Assembly: GCA_035352955.1 (NCBI GenBank)
Contig: DAOPYQ010000004.1
Location: 13,381 to 77,380, forward strand
DNA: 64,000 nucleotides
Reading direction: 5' to 3'
Origin: Candidatus Omnitrophota bacterium
GTDB lineage: Bacteria > Omnitrophota > Omnitrophia > Omnitrophales > Aquincolibacteriaceae
Part shown: positions 61,223 through 64,000 of the stretch, piece by piece
Position numbering within the stretch: the stretch's first letter is position 1
Layout: each line of letters begins with the position of its first letter
Notes under the pieces: model-generated
What the model was told of the DNA's origin: nothing
The model's input: only the letters and a program-made list of their open reading frames with translations
The model's database searches: none
Program-made: the position numbers and the translations under genes

Positions 61223-64000
61223 TTAGAACTTCCCGGTCATGCGAACGAAAGGCCCGCTGCTGCGGAAGTTGTTCGCGTCCCGAAGGTCATCGCTGAAATC
61301 GGTGAAATTATACCCCACCCCGAGACGCACGTATTCATAAATCTCGCGGTCGACTTCGATCAAAGAGCCTTGTTTAAGGGTTTCAAACGCTGCGGACTGC
61401 CAGAGGATCCGGTATTCGAGTGCAAGGTCCCACTTGCGGGTCACGTGAAAATTGATGCGATTCGCCGTCAGGAACGAATTGGCGGAAACCGTCGCCGTAT
61501 CGCCGAGGTTTCCTTCCACCACCGACCGCTTGAAGGCCAGTTTTTCGACGAGCCCGAAATACCGGTTCACGTCGTACGCGATATCCGTCGCAACGATCTG
61601 CGCGGACTGGTCGAAGGTGTAGCCGTTGTAATAGCTGTTGTCGAACTGCGCGTCATTGCCAAGGTCCTGCAGATAGGTGTAACGCGCGAGCACGTTGAGT
61701 TTGTCTAAAGCCACCGGACGGATCGCGAACCCCGAGCTGATCTCCATAAACCTCGCCGCGTCATTCTGAGGATCATTCTGCCGCGTGTCTCCCCAGTTGA
61801 AGTACGTCAGGAAGCTCACGTCCTCGTTGATCTGGTATTTCAAAGAGTTGCGGGTCGTCACCTGGCTCATATCGGGAGCGGAGGGATCGACGCGAACCTC
61901 CCAGTATGTCCTGGCGCGGAATTTGTTGCCGTCCGCGTAGGCAAGATTGCCGCCGACCGTATTAAAAGTCGCCGCGCGGGCGAGATTGTCCTGTGCCGCC
62001 CGGTTATACAATCCGAGGTAAGAACTGTTGATATGCCGCCGTTCGAGTTTCGCGCCGTAATCCCAATGGTCTCCGGTCCGCCCCTCGTACCCGAGGATGT
62101 CGGCGAAACCGTTCTGGCCCTGATAGGAAGAGTATTCCCGCTCGGAAAAAAGACGCGATTTCTCGGTCAGCGAAAAAGAGTTCCCGATCGCCGTCGCAAG
62201 GGTCTTATCACCGATCCCGCGATCGAACGAGCGAAGGTTCGCGTAGCTCCGGGCGCCGTTCCCGTGCTGGCGTTCAAACCCGAAATAGGTCGAATCCCCG
62301 ATCGGGCCGAACATCTGCTCGATATAGGCAAAAAGGTCCTTGATGACCTCGTAGCGAACGCCGCCCCCGAATTGATAGTCATTCTTGCCGTCGATCGCGG
62401 CCTGCGCCTTGACGTAGGGCAGCAACCGGTCATTGATATGATAACCGGCCTTCCCGGTCACGGCGTTATTGAACGGGATCTGGTTCTCAAGGTCCGGCAC
62501 GAGATACGCCGAATCGCCAACCTGGTCAAAATTCCGGTTCTGATATTCCAACTCCCCGAGATACTGCCCGTCATCGTAAGTGACCTGGGCCGTCTGGGTC
62601 TGCAAGTCTTTCGTCGAAGCGTCCGTATTCGTCACTTCAAGCGGTTCCAGTTGCGAAACGATCCCGGCGGCATCAAAACGGTAACGGGCGGACAAATTGT
62701 CGGTAAATTTGTAAAGGCTCCCGACGCCATATTTTTTCTGCCCTTCCTGGCTCATCATATGCCCGTCCGAAAAACTCGGGTCCACTTCCTGAACATAGCC
62801 GCTCAACTCAAGGTTCTTCACCGGCTTGGATTCCGCCTTGATCACGTAGGCGCTGTTCCGGCCCTTCGTATGACGTCCGGAAAGCTGCGAAAGATCCCCG
62901 TAGGTGACCCCGCCGTCGTAGGAAAGCGAGCTCCCCATTTGCGAACCGATGGACTCCGAATATTCCGCGGTCACTTTGGAGTTCCGGCCGATCTTAAAGA
63001 GCGCGTCGACGCCGTTCAGGCTGTAGTCCCCGCCGGTCCTCTTTTCCTCGATCGCGGTCCCGCCGATCCGGACGTGGTCGCCCATGTAGGTGTAGCCGCG
63101 GATCCCGCGATTCGGAATGTCTTTCGTATCAGCGCCGGAGTCATATTCATAATCGACGATCAGGTAAACGGGATTACCGTCCATAATATCGGTCGTCGAC
63201 ATGGTGTCCGACGCGGACATGGAAGAAAGCGGCCGGTTCAGCATGATCCGCCCGTCCTCATAATGGATCTCGTAATCCGTTCCGGCCTGAAGATCATAAC
63301 TGGAAAGGACCATGTCCTGGATCTTGTCGCGGATCTCGACCCGGATCTTTTCGCTGCCCTCGATGATATTGCGGTTGCGTGTGTAAAAAAGCGTGCCGCC
63401 CGTGGCATAGAGTTCATTATGGTCGGCTTGCGTTCCTGACTTGGCCGTAAAAAGTTTGAAGCCTCGCTTGGGGTCTCCGTAAACCGTGCTGCTCACTGTA
63501 TCGAAATTGACCTTGAGACCGGACAGCGTCCGGTTGTAGGTCGCCAGTTCGGTGTCCGTAAATTCCGTTTTGAAGCTTCCCCACTTGGCGTAAGAACGGT
63601 CCATTTCCACGAGCATGTAAAGCCGCTGGGCCGTGTCTTTCGCTTCGTAATCGCGGGTCGAGTTGTCGCCGTAGATCGGGTAATAATTGTCCGGGTCGAG
63701 GTTCGTGAAAAGAGCGGACTGCGTGTCGGAAGTGTCGTAATGCGCTTTGACGAGGAATTTGCCTTTCAGCTTCCCTTTCAGGAAAAAGGACATGCGCCCC
63801 TGCTCCTGGAAGCCGTCGCGGTACGCATCCGAATCCGCCGCCTCCATCGCCCCGCTCGCAAAATTTTCGCCGAGCTGTTCCTCGCCGAGGGCGACCATGA
63901 AGAACGTGCTGTCCTTCACGGTGATCTTTTTGTTGAAGTTCGTGTTCTCCCCCGTCGGCGTGGTCGCCGCGATGTTCACATTATATTCCCCGGGCTGGAC
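61223..64000 (-). CDS. large outer-membrane beta-barrel protein, 5' end outside window
   Basis: The frame stays open to the window edge, and the track start at 63979 is a GTG. The composition is Tyr/Gly/Asp/Asn/Thr-rich with an alternating amphipathic pattern. The C-terminal ...GPFVRMTGKF ends in an aromatic residue, which is typical of BAM-dependent OMPs. Confidence 0.5.
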   Translation of the reverse strand, partial: VQPGEYNVNIAATTPTGENTNFNKKITVKDSTFFMVALGEEQLGENFASGAMEAADSDAYRDGFQEQGRMSFFLKGKLKGKFLVKAHYDTSDTQSALFTNLDPDNYYPIYGDNSTRDYEAKDTAQRLYMLVEMDRSYAKWGSFKTEFTDTELATYNRTLSGLKVNFDTVSSTVYGDPKRGFKLFTAKSGTQADHNELYATGGTLFYTRNRNIIEGSEKIRVEIRDKIQDMVLSSYDLQAGTDYEIHYEDGRIMLNRPLSSMSASDTMSTTDIMDGNPVYLIVDYEYDSGADTKDIPNRGIRGYTYMGDHVRIGGTAIEEKRTGGDYSLNGVDALFKIGRNSKVTAEYSESIGSQMGSSLSYDGGVTYGDLSQLSGRHTKGRNSAYVIKAESKPVKNLELSGYVQEVDPSFSDGHMMSQEGQKKYGVGSLYKFTDNLSARYRFDAAGIVSQLEPLEVTNTDASTKDLQTQTAQVTYDDGQYLGELEYQNRNFDQVGDSAYLVPDLENQIPFNNAVTGKAGYHINDRLLPYVKAQAAIDGKNDYQFGGGVRYEVIKDLFAYIEQMFGPIGDSTYFGFERQHGNGARSYANLRSFDRGIGDKTLATAIGNSFSLTEKSRLFSEREYSSYQGQNGFADILGYEGRTGDHWDYGAKLERRHINSSYLGLYNRAAQDNLARAATFNTVGGNLAYADGNKFRARTYWEVRVDPSAPDMSQVTTRNSLKYQINEDVSFLTYFNWGDTRQNDPQNDAARFMEISSGFAIRPVALDKLNVLARYTYLQDLGNDAQFDNSYYNGYTFDQSAQIVATDIAYDVNRYFGLVEKLAFKRSVVEGNLGDTATVSANSFLTANRINFHVTRKWDLALEYRILWQSAAFETLKQGSLIEVDREIYEYVRLGVGYNFTDFSDDLRDANNFRSSGPFVRMTGKF

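Noticed and set aside
1-64000. tRNA, rRNA, transposase or integrase, or phage genes
   Set aside because: No intergenic segment has tRNA-like conserved boxes (GGTTCGAATCC-type). No rRNA-like stretches. No DDE/HTH transposase or integrase ORF recognised.

Overview
This 64 kb window comes from a GC-rich diderm bacterium, and almost all genes lie on the minus strand. About 70% of the window is two giant continuous ORFs. Giant 1 (2123..15703, 4526 aa) is a membrane-anchored surface protein with a parallel beta-helix, YD/Rhs-type repeats, a glycoside-hydrolase-like helical domain, a late TM cluster and an 880-aa Gly/Leu-rich tail. Giant 2 (22368..53870, 10,500 aa) has a signal peptide and a membrane-embedded HExxH module, followed by a string of roughly 20 domains that read as enzymes. 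These include 2 receiver (REC) domains, 2 pyruvate-phosphate-dikinase-like phosphotransferase modules, 2 nucleotidyltransferases, a cytidylyltransferase-like HxGH motif, an APH-like kinase, 2 HAD phosphatases (one FkbH-like), 2 HD phosphohydrolases, a uridine-kinase-like P-loop, a cytidine-deaminase zinc motif, a CBM48-like domain and HEAT repeats. The most striking observation is that these modules are separated by a recurring motif, R-A-E-[LM]-R, at 15 sites. The motif is encoded with different codons at each site and appears nowhere else in the window. That pattern suggests a processed polyprotein or a modular mega-enzyme with a conserved linker, and as far as I can tell it is undescribed. 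Between and around the giants are ordinary genes: a FadL-family outer-membrane transporter, gpsA, a YbgC-type thioesterase, an hrcA-grpE-dnaJ heat-shock operon that lacks dnaK, an atypical FtsH, uvrA, lipoproteins and a large beta-barrel OMP that runs off the 3' edge. Non-coding features include a bidirectional terminator, a perfect palindromic operator in front of fadL, two copies of a hairpin-rich intergenic repeat, and three about-60-nt near-identical repeats inside giant 2. No rRNA, tRNA, CRISPR array or transposase was recognised. All domain calls are by-eye motif recognition. Domain coordinates are approximate, within about 50 nt.
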